The notes: generated from the sequence alone by a model not told the origin. Shown: positions 49,019 through 60,186, counted from the stretch's first letter. The stretch is 64,000 nucleotides of DNA from Candidatus Poribacteria bacterium (GCA_965198175.1 OZ240245.1:2752001-2816000); one strand, 5' to 3'. Numbers and translations are program-made.

Positions 49019-49381
49019 ATGCTGACAATTCAGTTAGATTCCGATAAAACCCATACAGCGCAGGAAATAATCGAAATTGTTGTGCTATCCCTGGATTTTG
49101 TTGGGGAGCGATCTACTCAAAATTATCTTCAGTATTCTTCGTCGGATGTTTACTGGGTTTTGAGGAATCTACTCGACTATAAAAATAGGCGAATGGAGGG
49201 CGAATTTGTTTTGAAACGTCTTAAAAAGGGGGCTTGGGGAATCGAATATATTGCTCGGGATATTGCGAAGCGTAAAGCGGAAGAAAAACAAAAAAAGAAC
49301 TCCGCAGAACAGCCGACTACATCCAGCAGACAACCAATCATCGTCCAGCTTGGGGGTAACAGTCCGCCAAGTCGTTGTTGA
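49019..49381 (+). CDS. Hypothetical protein
   Basis: Open frame, start uncertain. Confidence 0.45.
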   Translation: MLTIQLDSDKTHTAQEIIEIVVLSLDFVGERSTQNYLQYSSSDVYWVLRNLLDYKNRRMEGEFVLKRLKKGAWGIEYIARDIAKRKAEEKQKKNSAEQPTTSSRQPIIVQLGGNSPPSRC

Positions 49382-49821
49382 ATTCCATCCTTGACCGTTT
49401 CGGGGCGTATATAGAATTAAGTTGACTCGTCAGAGAAGAACGATTGATCGACAAAACCGAAGTAATGTGCTGCCCGTCTTACAACGAATCCGTCCAACAC
49501 TTGGGATATTGTAAGCCTTGAATGTATTCCTTTTCCTGTGAAAACATACGCCCACCGTCAACTGAAGCGCCTCCCTCTCAACTGACACTGCCGAAGTCTT
49601 GATTCGTGAAAGTCGGAAGGAAGAGGTTGACCGCATCTTGAGGAACATGCCGAGACGCCACACCTACAGCAAGGAAGTGAGGGATACCGTTACCCCACCC
49701 CGGCAAAAATGCCGCCGCTTTCGCTTATGCCCCAACCGGGGAAATTGCCGTTTGAATCCCCCGACTAGGAAATAAGTGATAGGCAGACTTCAAAAACTCG
49801 CCGCTCTCGCTCATACTAAAC

Positions 49822-50367
49822 TCAGAGGATCAGCTTAATTTTTTCGCAGAGTCTCTCAAGGTCTGAATCCCTACCTCTATAACTAAAACCACGACTGAAA
49901 TGCTTCTCGCGAATGATTCTTTCGTCAGGGAGAGTGATAACCCGTTGAGATTGGAAGTCACTCACCAATGTCTTCGCTGGGACGCCGTAGGCAACAATCG
50001 CTTTCAGTGGCATATTTTCTATTAGGAGTTTCACGACCTTTGCGTGAGATGTGTTTGTCTCGACCGCGTTGATATCGTCTGCGTGGATTAGATCGAGACA
50101 AGTTCTCGTGCGAGACTCCCCCGACTCCCCTATTTTGCGGCGGTATTCCAAATAATACGTTTCAAAGCGTTTGTAGTCGAATCCCGATTCTGGGTTCCAG
50201 AAATCCCACCAATTCGTGTCAAGTTTCGTCTTTTCGTCCTCCCCGATTATGATAACGTCATGTGAGTCCGGAAAGCCGTTTTCCTCATTTCGGCAAACAA
50301 AGGGGCGATAATTACAACACGGGTAGGAAATCACTTCCTTGAGACGTTCTGTCCAGTTAATGGGCAT
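49822..50367 (-). CDS. Hypothetical protein, possibly uracil-DNA-glycosylase-like fold
   Basis: RPFVC..DVIIIG, AIVAYG, C-terminal HFSR resemble UDG-superfamily motif spacing. Weak. Confidence 0.45.
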   Translation of the reverse strand: MPINWTERLKEVISYPCCNYRPFVCRNEENGFPDSHDVIIIGEDEKTKLDTNWWDFWNPESGFDYKRFETYYLEYRRKIGESGESRTRTCLDLIHADDINAVETNTSHAKVVKLLIENMPLKAIVAYGVPAKTLVSDFQSQRVITLPDERIIREKHFSRGFSYRGRDSDLERLCEKIKLIL

Positions 50368-50372
50368 GTTCG

Positions 50373-50712
50373 TTAATCCTGCTTTTCAACAATGATCTTG
50401 TACGTGTCATCAATCTTTTCACATATCACAGCGTACCCAAACAATGGCGCAACTATTTTTATCCGTTTGATAAGCTCATCAGCACTACCGTGAACATTGA
50501 CATAAATGTCTGTTTGATTGATTTGCTTAAAATCACGACCAGCGGACGATTTAGGTTCATTTGAGAAAAATGACTGGCCTATTACAGCACTTTTAAATGA
50601 GTCGTTATGAACTTTTTCTATCGTCTCGCAAAAGTTTAATAGTGCCTGGGTACAACTCGGTATAGCGTTATCTTGAAGTCCGTAAAATGTAATAGAGCCA
50701 CGGGTTTGCCAT
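50373..50712 (-). pseudogene. Frameshifted ~112-aa ORF missed by the ORF track
   Basis: GGAG...ATG GCA AAC CCG T, then an open frame GSITFYGLQDNAI...KIIVEKQD* one base out of register. Confidence 0.55.
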
Positions 50713-50795
50713 AAGTATTAATCCTTCTCCTCGTATGCATGGGTGACGTGTACAACAGCTTGATTAGCGTCGCTATCTTCCTCTTTGCGTCTCTA

Positions 50796-51669
50796 TTATT
50801 TAGGCCCAAAAATTGCCCTAGCTGCACGAATCTTTGTTTGTAGATCCTCAGTATTATCTTTCTTTTGGGCGAGTTCCATCGCTTTATCTAAGTCTTTAAT
50901 GGCTTCGCTTGTAGGTTCTACGGCACATTTTGACGCGCCTCGGTAGAAATAAGCATAAGCATCATTCGGATCCCAACGTATAGCTTCGTCAAAATCCGCT
51001 ATAGCTGCCTCGAATTACATTAGATTTGCCTTGGCTTGTCCGCGAACACCATAAACCGAATTCCGAAAACCACCAGTGTTATCTGGAGGTTGTAAGCGCA
51101 CGCTGCATCACAATCTGCTATAGCTTCAGCGAATTTGCTCAATTGGAGGTTTGTACCACCACGAGCAGCATAGGCTTCTGTATAAGCTGGGTTAAGTTGG
51201 ATTGCGGTATTAAAATGGGCTATCGAGTCTTCATATTCTTGCGACAGATATTTTGCTCCGCCTTGTGCTAAGTGATATATGCTAGGGTTATCATCCCTCA
51301 ATTGCTCGTTCTTGTTGTGTAGTCGTTGCAAAAAATCTCCAAATGATTGTGGTGGTGTATATTCTTCCCCATTATCTTCATCAGAATCAAAATTAAACGA
51401 TTTGTCAAGATCGGTTAAATTGCTATATCCCCAACCTCGTAGGCGGCGGTGAAATCAGGTTTCAAACGTATCGCCTCGTCAAGATCTTTTATACCATCAC
51501 CGAATACACTACATTGGCATTTGACCAGTCCTCGAAAATAATAAGCACGCGCATCCGGTTTTAAGCGTATTGCCTTATTGAAACTATTTATAGAATCAAT
51601 GTATTCCTCGTTCTGCATCTGCTTAATTCCGCGTCTGAGATAAAACCGCGACTTAATTGTGGTTTTCAT
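50796..51669 (-). pseudogene. Fragmented TPR-repeat protein
   Basis: TPR motifs (AIRLKPD..AY..RG, AIQLNP.Y.EAY..RG, AIADFDEAIRWDPNDAYAYFYRG) spread over several frames with an internal TAA at about 51020. Confidence 0.75.
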
Positions 51670-51759
51670 TTTATTTATAACCTCCTATTTTACCATTGTA
51701 AACCTCTTTGTACTTGTAAAGGTTACGCCGAGGGCTCCCAACCCCGGTTTTTATTGCGC

Positions 51760-52257
51760 CTACTGCCTATAGCCGTTTTTGTCGTATGTCGAGATGACAC
51801 CCTTGCCGTCTTGATCGACAGCCATGAGCGCACGCACTTTCCCAATCGTGTTGTTTACCCGAACATACCCCTCGTTATATTCATCAACACCAACCTCCGC
51901 TGCCACTTCAGCGAGTTTATTAACGATAGCGATCGAACGTTCCCCGGTACTTAAGACTACGGTGTTTCCCTTAGGAAAGGATTGCAGGCGTACATTTGGC
52001 CCAACGCCCCCGGTTTCTATGACTACCGACTTGCCACCGTCCCCCATGACGCGGAGCCCTCCACCGCCTTCCCCTGCTCCTAACAGAATCCTTATTTTCC
52101 CATTCGCGTTCACTACACTTAAACCCGTACACTCAATCTCCCCGAACTTATCCCGTTGCGCAACAAGGCTCGGCATCAAAACACTCGACGCCATCATGCT
52201 TATCAACATCAACAGCGCACCAAAACCAATATACCCCAACTTCTGACCGAATTTCAT
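51760..52257 (-). CDS. Exported beta-rich hypothetical protein
   Basis: AAGGAG RBS, N-terminal hydrophobic segment, 'FGEIECTGLSVV' then Gly-rich beta repeats. Confidence 0.7.
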   Translation of the reverse strand: MKFGQKLGYIGFGALLMLISMMASSVLMPSLVAQRDKFGEIECTGLSVVNANGKIRILLGAGEGGGGLRVMGDGGKSVVIETGGVGPNVRLQSFPKGNTVVLSTGERSIAIVNKLAEVAAEVGVDEYNEGYVRVNNTIGKVRALMAVDQDGKGVISTYDKNGYRQ

Positions 52258-52371
52258 AAGGTTCTCCTTTGTTTGAAAATTTTTGTGTAGGCTAAAATTA
52301 GCCCAATATCCGAATTAGACTTGCGGTTATTACGCCTGCCACAAACATCGTGGTACAGACATTAGCTGAAC

Positions 52372-52650
52372 TTATTGTTTTCTCTTTTCAATCCCCTTGT
52401 CATCAAGGAGGCGGTTCAATTTGTCATCTAGCCCGTCGAGTCGCTCTGTTAGTATTTTCATGTAGGTTTTGAATAACAGGGTGCAATGGATAGAGGTAAT
52501 TAGCATCAAAACTACGATCATCACCAATCCATAAATAGGCCTACTATCAGTGTTGAAATGCCCAACAAGATTGAGCATAGTGACAAAGAAAAGGAACGGA
52601 GCGACAATTACTTCATACGTCCTCACAGGCTTACTCCTTTCATCTCGCAA
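52372..52650 (-). CDS. Small two-TM protein
   Basis: Two hydrophobic segments and a coiled-coil tail. Start uncertain. Confidence 0.55.
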   Translation of the reverse strand: MRDERSKPVRTYEVIVAPFLFFVTMLNLVGHFNTDSRPIYGLVMIVVLMLITSIHCTLLFKTYMKILTERLDGLDDKLNRLLDDKGIEKRKQ

Positions 52651-52670
52651 CAGGTTTCAGATTTAAGCCT

Positions 52671-53093
52671 CTAATCCATCCTCTTAATGTGATTATAAAG
52701 TTTCTCGCCCAATTCTCGGTTGAGATGGGCAGTCGTTCTTTGAATGTTGCCCTTCTCTAAAATGTGTAGCGCTTCGTCATACGGCACACAATCGCCTTCA
52801 GGAAGGATAATCTCCCATCTGACCGGGATTCTATATTTGTGTTTTACTTCAGTCCTTTGGTCGGGGTCTGGATTAAAGTGAGTCCGACCGTTCCATTTTT
52901 CCATGACCTTTCCCACAGCCATGATACCCGTCCTCTTGACATACATGAATAATATATCGCCCGGATTAAAATCCTTCAGCAATTTACCATAAGGCTCCAG
53001 AGAACCATACGTGGCCGCAAAACCATTGCGTAGCCACCTCTTATAAGCACCCTTATAATGTTTTTCATTGCTATTGATCCAGTGGAATTCCAT
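52671..53093 (-). CDS. Stand-alone PUA/EVE-like domain protein
   Basis: 'LKDFNPGDILFMYV...GIMAVGKV...RIPVRW' pattern, typical of PUA-like reader domains of nucleases. Confidence 0.55.
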   Translation of the reverse strand: MEFHWINSNEKHYKGAYKRWLRNGFAATYGSLEPYGKLLKDFNPGDILFMYVKRTGIMAVGKVMEKWNGRTHFNPDPDQRTEVKHKYRIPVRWEIILPEGDCVPYDEALHILEKGNIQRTTAHLNRELGEKLYNHIKRMD

Positions 53094-53929
53094 CCGTTTT
53101 TCTCCCATGTAGAGATTGCTCTGTTACTAGATTCATTTTCATAAACATACTACTTCCCTTAATATCCACGCCTTTATGCACTACGATTGGCGACGGAAGC
53201 GGGAAGCAGAAAAAAAAACGCCTACCCCTGTTATCGACGCGGAGGCAAAAACCCGCCTTCTGCCATACTAACCGTTGCGAATCGCTGAATTGTTCTTACT
53301 ATCCACCTGTTCAGGTAAATGATTCATTTGACTATGCACCCGCCCAGACTGGCTATCTATCTGCTCAGATTGACTGCATGAATTGTTAGTTTGGGGATTC
53401 GCAATTTTGCAATCGTCACCATGTGAAAGTTGATGGGGGTGGCTGCCGGGCTTAGCAACCGTCACATTCCCTCACCGATTGCAATGCCGTAAGCATACCA
53501 CACTCGTCCAGTTGTGTCAATTGCTCCTGTGATACAAGACTCCATTTCTCGCTTGACCTCATACCTCTCCCGTGTATAATAGCGAATCACCCACCCGATG
53601 ACAAGGGAACTGAAAGTTTGAACCGATTGATGCGTCCCATTCTGCAAGTACGGCTCTCGCATAATGCACCGGTGAAGAATCGCCGTTGTCCTTTTCATCG
53701 CGAGACCCCGGAAAACTGGATCAGTGAACTTACCCCTATCTATTTTTGTCCTGCGAGGCAAATTCCGACACGAAAAACCCTAGGCGTTTTTTCTCTTTAC
53801 ATCTTCCAAATTCAACCGTATAATCTCATTGACGCCTGAATGCCGTCAGCAATTGTGGCGATTGCAACCCCTACGGAAGCGAGGTTCCCCCATCCGCAGT
53901 TTTGTCGGATTGGCTGCCATCCCCCAATA

Positions 53930-54799
53930 TTATGATAGCAGCCGATAAAGAGTCGTAGCAATTCCAAAGATAACACTCGCCAAAACTGTTCCAGCAATTG
54001 CATCTACTGCGTAATGAAACCGCCCGTACACGGTTCCGATGACTAGTCCAACACAGAATGGGCACAAGATAATAAATGCGAACGTATCATATCGCATTGC
54101 ATAAAGCAGCACGATTACGGCAATCGCAGTATGTGAACTCGGAAATGCCGTGCCCTTAGACGAACCGAGCGAGACGATAGTGTGTGTGAGCCTATGAAAA
54201 AGACCATTAGCAAGTCGCCCGTTAATCTTCTCCAACACGTACCGCGGTCCTGCGACTGGCAAAAATATATAACAGATGAGGCATACATTGAAGGTAAGAA
54301 TTTCGGCGAAGACAACCTCACGGAATGCGTCATATCTACCTTGGATGTAAAGCATCGCCGCGAGGGATAGTACAATTGCGTAATAACTGAAATAACACAA
54401 GTGTAGAACCTCTGAGAGTGCAATCTTCGGAAAAAATTTACTCAGATAAATGCTGGGTTGCCCCTTAAAAAACCGATCTTCCCACCTTATCACCTCATCA
54501 TCAAAGTATCCCCGGAAAACCATCTGGGTGAGCGGCGACACTCCCCAGTAAAATAACGGAATGGTCGCGAGGGGATACCATTCGCGCAAGAAACGAAATA
54601 AAAAGGGTAAGTAGTCACTCGTTAAACTGAGCCAGAATATTGCAAGAATTAGGGTTGTATGAGTCAGAAGATATAGATACCAACGTGGTAGGTTTTTGCG
54701 ACGGCCGAGAATCAATACGCTGGTCAGCCCCAGATAGGCAATGATAATCCAGTCAGCGGGAAGAAGGCTTACAGACAGTTGTTCAATAATTCGGTCCAT
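53930..54799 (-). CDS. PAP2-superfamily membrane phosphatase/phosphotransferase (IPC-synthase-like)
   Basis: PVAGPR, AFPSSH, RFHYAVD. Multiple TMs. Confidence 0.88.
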   Translation of the reverse strand: MDRIIEQLSVSLLPADWIIIAYLGLTSVLILGRRKNLPRWYLYLLTHTTLILAIFWLSLTSDYLPFLFRFLREWYPLATIPLFYWGVSPLTQMVFRGYFDDEVIRWEDRFFKGQPSIYLSKFFPKIALSEVLHLCYFSYYAIVLSLAAMLYIQGRYDAFREVVFAEILTFNVCLICYIFLPVAGPRYVLEKINGRLANGLFHRLTHTIVSLGSSKGTAFPSSHTAIAVIVLLYAMRYDTFAFIILCPFCVGLVIGTVYGRFHYAVDAIAGTVLASVIFGIATTLYRLLS

Positions 54800-54975
54800 G
54801 AGGTCAGGTTATGTGAGATAAAAGCGAAAGAAATATTCTCCCAACTCTGTCTCCACTTGTACCATTGTTTGTAGTTCCAGTAGCGATAAAGAGCAATATC
54901 TTACTTTCACTCGCAAGGAGTGTCAAGCGGAAAAAAGACAGATCGACTTTTCTGAATGCTGAAGCGGGCCGAGTA

Positions 54976-55284
54976 ATGATGAATGAAAACACAAATCCCC
55001 CATTGATTCTTGATGAAATTCCCCAACACGAACAGCGAGAACTCCTTGAGAAGGTCGCAATACAGGTGGTAAAGCGCCGGTTAACCGCGCCGGCAATTCT
55101 GTTTCTTGAGATGTGTAAGCCCCTCAACTTTCTTGGAAGTCAAGCACTTATTGCACTGAATCCGTTTGTGCAATCGATTTTCAATACAACCGAATTCCAG
55201 AAATTTGCATTAGTCATTGAGAAAGACTCAAACGTTGAGTTACTGATTCGATTAATTGAAGATTTAGATGGAGAGGAGAAATAG
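54976..55284 (+). CDS. Small hypothetical protein coupled to the GlmL-like gene
   Basis: Stop codon is 1 nt before the GlmL start. Confidence 0.7.
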   Translation: MMNENTNPPLILDEIPQHEQRELLEKVAIQVVKRRLTAPAILFLEMCKPLNFLGSQALIALNPFVQSIFNTTEFQKFALVIEKDSNVELLIRLIEDLDGEEK

Positions 55285-55285
55285 T

Positions 55286-57106
55286 ATGCCGAATCAGCCA
55301 CACGGGATGCGTTCAATCCTCGCAACAGATTGCGGTAGCACAACCACAAAAGCAATCCTAATCGAGAAGCGGGACGATGAATATCATCTTGTTGTTCGTG
55401 GTGAAGCGCCCACAACCGTTGAGGCACCGGTTGAGGACGTTACAACCGGCGTAATCAACGCAGTTACAGAGGTTGAGGAACTCGCCGGACGTAAGCTCCT
55501 AAACGATGGACAGCTCATCAAACCACAGCAAGAGGATGCAGGTGTCGATCTGTATATATCGACAAGCAGTGCAGGAGGCGGGCTACAAATGATGGTAGCA
55601 GGTGTGGTTCTCAACCTCACAGCGGAGAGCGCGGAGCGAGCTGCACTCGGCGCCGGGGCGATTGTCATGGATACGATTGCTTCTAACGACAAACGATTGC
55701 CCCATGAACGGATTGAACGCATCCGCCATCTCCGTCCCGATATGCTTCTCCTTTCAGGTGGGGTCGATGGTGGCACAACGTCTCATGTCGCGGAGCTAGC
55801 GGAGATTATCGCTGCTGCCAGTCCGAAACCGCGTTTAGGACTAGACTACAAACTGCCGGTCATCTTTGCAGGGAACAAGGATGCACGTGACCTCGTCCGT
55901 GAAAGGCTTGGGGATGATATGGCGCTTGAGGATGTCGATAATCTACGCCCGGTGCTTGAACGGGAGAATCTGATGCCGACCCGTTTAAAGATTCAGAGTC
56001 AGTTCCTTGAACACGTCATGGCACATGCCCCTGGCTATAAAAAACTGATGTCTTGGACAGACGAGCCGATTATGCCAACACCTGGAGCCGTCGGCGCAAT
56101 CATCCAGACGATTGCAGCACAGCAGGGAATTCAAGTGGTGGGAGTCGATATTGGCGGCGCCACCACAGACGTGTTTTCCGTATTTGAAAACCACCAGAAC
56201 GAAGCCGTCTTCAACCGAACGGTGAGTGCAAATCTTGGGATGAGCTATAGCGTTTCCAATGTGCTTGCGGAAGCCGGAATGGAGAATATTTTACGCTGGA
56301 CGCCGTTTAACATTGACGCGGGTGATTTAGGCAACCGAATCAAGAACAAAACCATCCGTCCGACGACTATCCCCCAAACACTCCAAGAGTTGATTATTGA
56401 GCAAGCCATTGCCCGTGAAGCACTGCGGTTAGCGTTTGACCAACATAAACGTCTTGCCGTCGAATTGCGAGGTGTACAGCAACAGCGCACAATTTCCGAA
56501 GCGTTCTCTCAAACCGAAACAGGCGAAACGCTTGTGGATATGTTATCTTTGGATTTAATCATCGGAAGTGGTGGTGTGCTCTCCCATGCGCCGCGCCGCC
56601 ATCAGGCGATGTTGATGATGATTGACGCTTTCCAACCTGAAGGAATCACTCACCTCGCTGTTGACAGCATTTTCATGATGCCGCAGCTTGGCGTATTGGC
56701 ACAAGTCAACACAGAGGCTGCTACGCAGGTATTTGAGCGTGATTGTCTCATCCACCTTGGGACTTGCATTGCACCGGTTGGCAAAGCAAGAAGAGAGGAA
56801 TCTTGTGTGACGATGACCACAAATCTCCCCGGTAAAGGTAATTTGTCAGAAGCTGTACCATTTGGCGCACTGCGTTTATATCCACTCAACGCAGGGGAGA
56901 AAGCAAAAGTGACAGTCCAACCGGAACGCCGTTTTGATATGGGTGCAGGACGTGGCAATGCCGTCGAAGTTGAAGTTAGCGGAGGAATTGTTGGATTGGT
57001 TGTGGATACGCGCGGTCGTCCTCTCGAAATCTCGACTGATTCGGCCCAGCGTGTCTCCGACCTGAAGCAGTGGACTCAAGCACTAGCGGTGTATCCTAAA
57101 ACGTAA
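55286..57106 (+). CDS. glmL: Glutamate mutase L (GlmL/MutL)-like ASKHA ATPase
   Basis: TDCGSTTTK, SSAGGGLQM, GGVDGG, MPTP.AV, DIGGATTDVFS, RTVSANLGM, GSGGVLSH. Confidence 0.85.
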   Translation: MPNQPHGMRSILATDCGSTTTKAILIEKRDDEYHLVVRGEAPTTVEAPVEDVTTGVINAVTEVEELAGRKLLNDGQLIKPQQEDAGVDLYISTSSAGGGLQMMVAGVVLNLTAESAERAALGAGAIVMDTIASNDKRLPHERIERIRHLRPDMLLLSGGVDGGTTSHVAELAEIIAAASPKPRLGLDYKLPVIFAGNKDARDLVRERLGDDMALEDVDNLRPVLERENLMPTRLKIQSQFLEHVMAHAPGYKKLMSWTDEPIMPTPGAVGAIIQTIAAQQGIQVVGVDIGGATTDVFSVFENHQNEAVFNRTVSANLGMSYSVSNVLAEAGMENILRWTPFNIDAGDLGNRIKNKTIRPTTIPQTLQELIIEQAIAREALRLAFDQHKRLAVELRGVQQQRTISEAFSQTETGETLVDMLSLDLIIGSGGVLSHAPRRHQAMLMMIDAFQPEGITHLAVDSIFMMPQLGVLAQVNTEAATQVFERDCLIHLGTCIAPVGKARREESCVTMTTNLPGKGNLSEAVPFGALRLYPLNAGEKAKVTVQPERRFDMGAGRGNAVEVEVSGGIVGLVVDTRGRPLEISTDSAQRVSDLKQWTQALAVYPKT

Positions 57107-57249
57107 CGAATAATGTTAGGACGGTTTAAATCTTCTACAAACTCTTTCATCTCTAATGATTCTGACATAAAATCGGAATGTCCCTTGATTGCAGACGGCA
57201 ATTCTCTTGTGCTGTCCTCAATACCATCGGAAAGTCCCCGCGAATCCTC

Positions 57250-58440
57250 TCAAGTTCTATAAGGCGCGAAGCACTTTCGGTATAAAGCAACAATCTCCTC
57301 ATGTGTAGCTTGACGCGGGTTATTGGCAGGGCTTCTACTAGCAATGGCGTCTGAGGCCATCTGTTCAACTACAGCCTCAAACTCATCCCGATCTATGCCG
57401 ATTTCGCCTAGGCGTGGCATCTGAATATCGTTAATCAATCGCTCAACCGCAGCAACTGCGCAATCAGCCTGCCGCATCATTGATAAACCTTCAATCGGCT
57501 CCTCCATCGCGCTAGCGATATGGGCGAAGCGCACAGGGGAACCAACTAAGCTGTATTCCATTAAATCAAGTAGCAAAACAGCATTTGATAAACCGTGATG
57601 AATATGAAAGTAGGCGCCGATTGGCCGGGACATCCCGTGTACTAACGCAACGGAAGAATTGCTGAACGCCATCCCAGCAATGGAGGCTCCGATCATCATC
57701 TCTGTCCGCGCCTCAATGTTGTTGCCATCTCCCCACGCTTGACGAATTGAACCGGTAATCATCCGAATCGCCTTCAATGCTAGCGCATCAGTCATCGGCT
57801 GGGCACGTTTGGAGATGTAGGCTTCGATAGCGTGCGTCAGCGCGTCAACGCCAACAGCACAGGTCAAGTGAGGAGGCGTCGTTAGTGACAACAGCGGATC
57901 CACAAGTGCAACTCGCGCCAGCAGACATGGGCTGCTAAGCATCATCTTCACATTGCAATCTGTATCGGTGATTACTGTGACTTTCGTAACCTCGCTGCCG
58001 GTACCTGCTGTAGTAGGGATGGCAATTAAGGGTGCACCAAGATTGGGGATTTTGTCGACACCCATGTAATCCGCCAGTTCACCATCGTTGGTCAACCTCA
58101 CGGCGATTGCTTTCCCGCAGTCGATTGCACTGCCACCGCCGATGCTAACGATGAGATCGCACCCATCCTCGCGATATTGCCGCAAGCCATCGTTCACATT
58201 CTGCAGCGTCGGATCGGGTGTCACGTCTGCGAAGAGCGAGACGTCAATCCCAGCAGTGTTAAGCTGTCTCACGAGCTGATCGGCGTAGCCGATTTTAGCA
58301 ATCCCTGGATCGGTAACAACCAACGCTGTGTTCGCTCGTAAGCGTTGGGCTTGTTCGCCAACCTGCATTGATGCATCAATACCGGTGATAATTGTTGGGG
58401 GTACACAAAAAGAAGAAACTGTCGATTTTAAAACGTCCAT
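57250..58440 (-). CDS. Iron-containing alcohol dehydrogenase
   Basis: GGGSAID, PTTAGTGSE, DALTHAIEAY, HGMS, HGLSNA. Confidence 0.93.
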   Translation of the reverse strand: MDVLKSTVSSFCVPPTIITGIDASMQVGEQAQRLRANTALVVTDPGIAKIGYADQLVRQLNTAGIDVSLFADVTPDPTLQNVNDGLRQYREDGCDLIVSIGGGSAIDCGKAIAVRLTNDGELADYMGVDKIPNLGAPLIAIPTTAGTGSEVTKVTVITDTDCNVKMMLSSPCLLARVALVDPLLSLTTPPHLTCAVGVDALTHAIEAYISKRAQPMTDALALKAIRMITGSIRQAWGDGNNIEARTEMMIGASIAGMAFSNSSVALVHGMSRPIGAYFHIHHGLSNAVLLLDLMEYSLVGSPVRFAHIASAMEEPIEGLSMMRQADCAVAAVERLINDIQMPRLGEIGIDRDEFEAVVEQMASDAIASRSPANNPRQATHEEIVALYRKCFAPYRT

Positions 58441-58528
58441 TCGGCTGGTCCTTCAACTCTGAGCACATTCTCAATTCCGGTGTTCATTAAGATTGATACT
58501 TCGCCACGAAACTTGTACGACCGCTCAT

Positions 58529-60097
58529 CTAATGTCGAAAATGCCGCACGCCTGTGAAGACCATTGCTATACCATAGCGATCTGCAGCTTCAATTACCGA
58601 CGCATCCCCTGTTGAACCTCCGGGCTGAATAATCGCACGAACTCCTGCTTCGCCGGCTACTTCAATATTGTCTGGAAATGGGATATAGGCGTCTGATGCA
58701 AGTAAAGCCCCTTTCGCCCGCTCTGCCCCAGCCTTCCGGACAGCGATGATACTTGCATCGACACGGCTCATCTGTCCAGCACCGATTCCAACAGTCTTGG
58801 TTCCTTGGGCAAGCAGGACACAATTGGACTTGACGTGCTTGCATGCTTTCCACGCAAACAGCAGGGATTTAATCTCAGCATCTGTTGGTTGGCGCTTCGT
58901 AACAACCTGCAGGCTATTTGGCGTAATGTCGTACAAATCCCGACTCTGGAGGAGCCCCCCTCCGATGACGTTTCGAATCTGCTTAATGGTCGGATTATAT
59001 GATAATTCGTTCGTTTCTAAGATTCGTCGGTGTTTCACGCGGGAAAGGGTTTTCAACGCTCTCTCGGTATAGCTTGGCGCGATGATTGCTTCAACCTTAA
59101 TCCCCGCCTTTGCCGCCTCACGAATCGTGTTTGCCGCCTCTAAATCAACTTTGCGGTTAAAACCGATGACACAGCCAAAAGCGGAGAGTCGATCGCAATC
59201 GAGAGCATCAATGAACGCACCTACTAGATTTGAGGCAGTTGCCAATCCACATGGATTGTTGTGCTTGATAATCGCGCAGGCAGGATCGGCGAAATCCTTA
59301 ACAATTTCTATTGCTGCTTCTAAATCAAGGATATTATTATAAGAAAGTTCCTGACCACTGAGTTGGTTCGCCCAAGCTGCGCACGGTTCAGGGGAGATGT
59401 GCGCGCGATAGAAAGCCGCCGCTTGGTGGGGATTCTCACCGTACCGAAGCGTCTGGGCTTTTTCGTAGCGAAAATCGAGGATTTCAGGAAATTCACCATG
59501 AGGCGTCTCCAAATTGGCAAGGTAGCGGGAAATGACCGCATCGTAGTGAGTGGTATGAGCAAATGCAGCTTTTGCTAATCGAAATCGAGTTTCCTCCGAA
59601 AGACAACCGTCATTCGTCTCCAACTCAACAATGGTGTCAGCATACTGGTTTGGATTGCTGAGCACAGCAACATCTCGATAATTCTTGGCAGCGGATCGAA
59701 TCATTGCTGGGCCACCGATGTCGATGTTTTCAATCACTTCGGTGAGATCGACGCCTTCCTTCGCAATTGTTGCTTCAAACGGATAGAGATTGCAAGCAAC
59801 GAGATCTATCAATCCAATCCCGTGTGCTGAAGTCGCGGCGATGTGCTCAGAATTATCCCGAATGGCAAGCAATCCCCCATGGATTTTCGGATGGAGGGTT
59901 TTCACGCGCCCATTGAGCATTTCAGGAAAACCCGTGTGATCGGAAACCTCACGAATTTCAATCCCTAGCTCATGAAGTTGCTTGGCGGTACCACCCGTAG
60001 AAAGAATCTCCACATCTTTCTGGACAAGGGATTTTGCGAGACTACGTAGGTCCGTCTTATCGTAAACACTGATTAATGCGCGTCGGATTTTTTTCAT
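58529..60097 (-). CDS. purH: Bifunctional AICAR transformylase/IMP cyclohydrolase
   Basis: ALISVYDK, GRVKTLHP, IDIGGP, LRYGENPHQ, KHNNPCG, GQMSRVD, FTGVRHFRH. Confidence 0.97.
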   Translation of the reverse strand: MKKIRRALISVYDKTDLRSLAKSLVQKDVEILSTGGTAKQLHELGIEIREVSDHTGFPEMLNGRVKTLHPKIHGGLLAIRDNSEHIAATSAHGIGLIDLVACNLYPFEATIAKEGVDLTEVIENIDIGGPAMIRSAAKNYRDVAVLSNPNQYADTIVELETNDGCLSEETRFRLAKAAFAHTTHYDAVISRYLANLETPHGEFPEILDFRYEKAQTLRYGENPHQAAAFYRAHISPEPCAAWANQLSGQELSYNNILDLEAAIEIVKDFADPACAIIKHNNPCGLATASNLVGAFIDALDCDRLSAFGCVIGFNRKVDLEAANTIREAAKAGIKVEAIIAPSYTERALKTLSRVKHRRILETNELSYNPTIKQIRNVIGGGLLQSRDLYDITPNSLQVVTKRQPTDAEIKSLLFAWKACKHVKSNCVLLAQGTKTVGIGAGQMSRVDASIIAVRKAGAERAKGALLASDAYIPFPDNIEVAGEAGVRAIIQPGGSTGDASVIEAADRYGIAMVFTGVRHFRH

Positions 60098-60186
60098 GAT
60101 GATACCACTTTTTTATGGAACAAGGACAGTTGGCATGCACATCAACCTTCTCTAAGACTTCCTTCTTGCTTTCACGTTTATTCACC

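Noticed and set aside
49390..49800. Large ncRNA (tmRNA/RNase P) in this gap
   Set aside because: No hallmark motifs. Part of it translates as protein-like sequence (TAEVLIRESRKEEVDRILRNM), so a decayed CDS is more likely.
53268..53839. Short ORFs between the island and PAP2
   Set aside because: No coding signal or recognisable motif.
60098..60186. ZTP riboswitch upstream of purH
   Set aside because: Short spacer with no recognisable consensus.
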